From contig JBHHXT010000032.1 of NCBI GenBank assembly GCA_046757165.1, positions 1 through 35,237 on the forward strand: a DNA stretch of 35,237 bases, in the 5' to 3' direction. The first letter of the stretch is position 1, and the number at the start of each line of letters is the position of its first letter. Shown piece after piece: positions 34,290-35,237 of this stretch. The stretch is from a bacterium. GTDB taxonomy: Bacteria > Zhuqueibacterota > Zhuqueibacteria > Oceanimicrobiales > Oceanimicrobiaceae. The notes under the pieces are model-generated. The model searched no databases, had not been told where the DNA came from, and saw nothing but the letters and a program-made list of their open reading frames with translations. A program made the position numbers and the translations under genes.

Positions 34290-34339
34290 TGTGTTAATTG
34301 GAAACACGTGGGACAGGCAGGTTGACCCAATCTGAAACA
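34290..34339. promoter_or_regulatory. two candidate enhancer sites, TGTGTTAATTGGAAACA (34290-34306) and TGACCCAATCTGAAACA (34323-34339)
   Basis: Both are 17-bp TG...ACA sites, 33 bp apart; the second matches the 15727 palindrome at 14 of 17 positions. Confidence 0.5.
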
Positions 34340-34741
34340 TTATCTTTGATAGACAGTATGTCCGTTCAAATTGAATTCTGCGGCTGCGGCTTCTACGGAG
34401 GGATAGGTGTTCAGGAACCACTCAAACTCGAGGATTTTGAAGACTTGGTAAACATTGGGCTGTATGCGGGCAAGTTTCAAATCGCCGTCGTTTAGCCGCA
34501 CTTCATTGATCTTGCTCAAGAAGACGCTCCAGCCCATGCTGCTGATATACTCGACTTCGTATAAATCTATGATAATGTTGAAATGCTTTGCGGTCAAAAG
34601 CTCGTCAATGGCAACATCCAGCTCTTCAGATGTAATGACGTCAAGATACCCCTTCACTTTTATGACGGAAATCTCGCCGTTCATCTTGCGGCCATTATGA
34701 GTTATGACGGTCTTTTCCACTGATGTATGCCCGAGATGCAT
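34340..34741 (-). CDS. STAS domain anti-sigma factor antagonist
   Basis: IKVKGYLD...IIIDL..VEYISSMG...GDLKL...VYQVF.IL; the true start may be internal. Confidence 0.9.
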   Translation of the reverse strand: MHLGHTSVEKTVITHNGRKMNGEISVIKVKGYLDVITSEELDVAIDELLTAKHFNIIIDLYEVEYISSMGWSVFLSKINEVRLNDGDLKLARIQPNVYQVFKILEFEWFLNTYPSVEAAAAEFNLNGHTVYQR

Positions 34742-34908
34742 GGACCAAGGATGAAGTTCAAACTAAGCCGTATGATTTGATATGATATTTGTTATTACCC
34801 GCATTGAACAGGAACTGCGGGATATTTCCCGAAGAAAGTTAGCGAATTTTCGCTGGACAAAAGGATTCAAACGATCCGGTGAAATCATCTCGAATTGTGC
34901 CCAAACGC

Positions 34909-34937
34909 TTGACTAAACCAACAAAAATGACTATCAT
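34909..34937 (+). promoter_or_regulatory. sigma70-type promoter for the downstream oxidoreductase
   Basis: TTGACT-17 nt-TATCAT. Confidence 0.7.
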
Positions 34938-35032
34938 AACAATCATAACGCTGAGCCGCTAGATGACTTTTCCAACGGCTCACTCCTATCCGAAGCAGAC
35001 CGATTCGAAACTCTTCACGAGGAGGTTGCAAC

Positions 35033-35237
35033 ATGCTCTATGAAACGGCTATCGTGGGCGGGGGTCCGGCTGGCCTGTCTGCTGCCATTCATTTGGCCTG
35101 GCACGATCGCAAGATTCTGGTCATCGACCGTCGGACCGGCCCGCTGTTTTTCACGCTCGAGCACTTGTACAACGTGCCGGGCATGCCCGCCATCCGCGGC
35201 ATAGATCTGCTGAAACGGTTGCAGCGGCAAGCCGAAG
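35033..35237 (+). CDS. NAD(P)/FAD-dependent oxidoreductase, thioredoxin-reductase-like (5' part, runs off the window)
   Basis: GAGGAGG RBS; MLYETAIVGGGPAGLSAAIHLAWHDRKILVID...YNVPG..AIRGIDLL. Missing from the ORF track because it has no stop in the window. Confidence 0.88.
   Translation, partial: MLYETAIVGGGPAGLSAAIHLAWHDRKILVIDRRTGPLFFTLEHLYNVPGMPAIRGIDLLKRLQRQAE

Noticed and set aside
1..35237. CRISPR arrays, tRNA/rRNA, IS elements, prophage or defence genes
   Set aside because: No regularly spaced repeats, cloverleaf signatures, or transposase, integrase or phage-like proteins were seen.

Overview
Bacterial chromosomal segment of moderate GC with AT-rich intergenic gaps. It holds about 36 protein genes and no rRNA, tRNA, CRISPR array, transposase or phage gene that I can recognise. 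The gene order yggS-yggT-divIVA-PNP-ileS(type 2)-dksA-lspA-rluD, a TolC/MlaC set and a lamin-tail protein with an FlgD-Ig-like C-terminal tail suggest a diderm of the FCB-related lineages (KSB1/Calditrichota/Ignavibacteria-like); this placement is inference only. Housekeeping genes include folE, nfuA, moaA, rnhB, yraN, rluD, lspA, ileS, rlmN and moxR-DUF58. The most interesting signals are: (1) an unannotated candidate sigma54-dependent small RNA (~15909-16022) with a palindromic enhancer site, an anti-Shine-Dalgarno C-rich tract and a perfect terminator, whose enhancer motif recurs upstream of a second sigma54-type promoter in front of a lytic transglycosylase; (2) a five-gene cluster (NTP-transferase/CDP-alcohol phosphotransferase fusion, SPASM/twitch radical SAM, MlaC-DUF3047 fusion, TolC, MlaC) that looks like an uncharacterised polar head-group or lipid synthesis and export system; (3) a 49-codon remnant of an isocitrate/isopropylmalate dehydrogenase lying in frame behind an SDR amber stop; (4) an IleRS2 with a GIHH motif in place of HIGH; (5) a 37-aa membrane peptide missed by the ORF track, plus several active-site variants. 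All assignments come from reading motifs by eye; no database searches were run.
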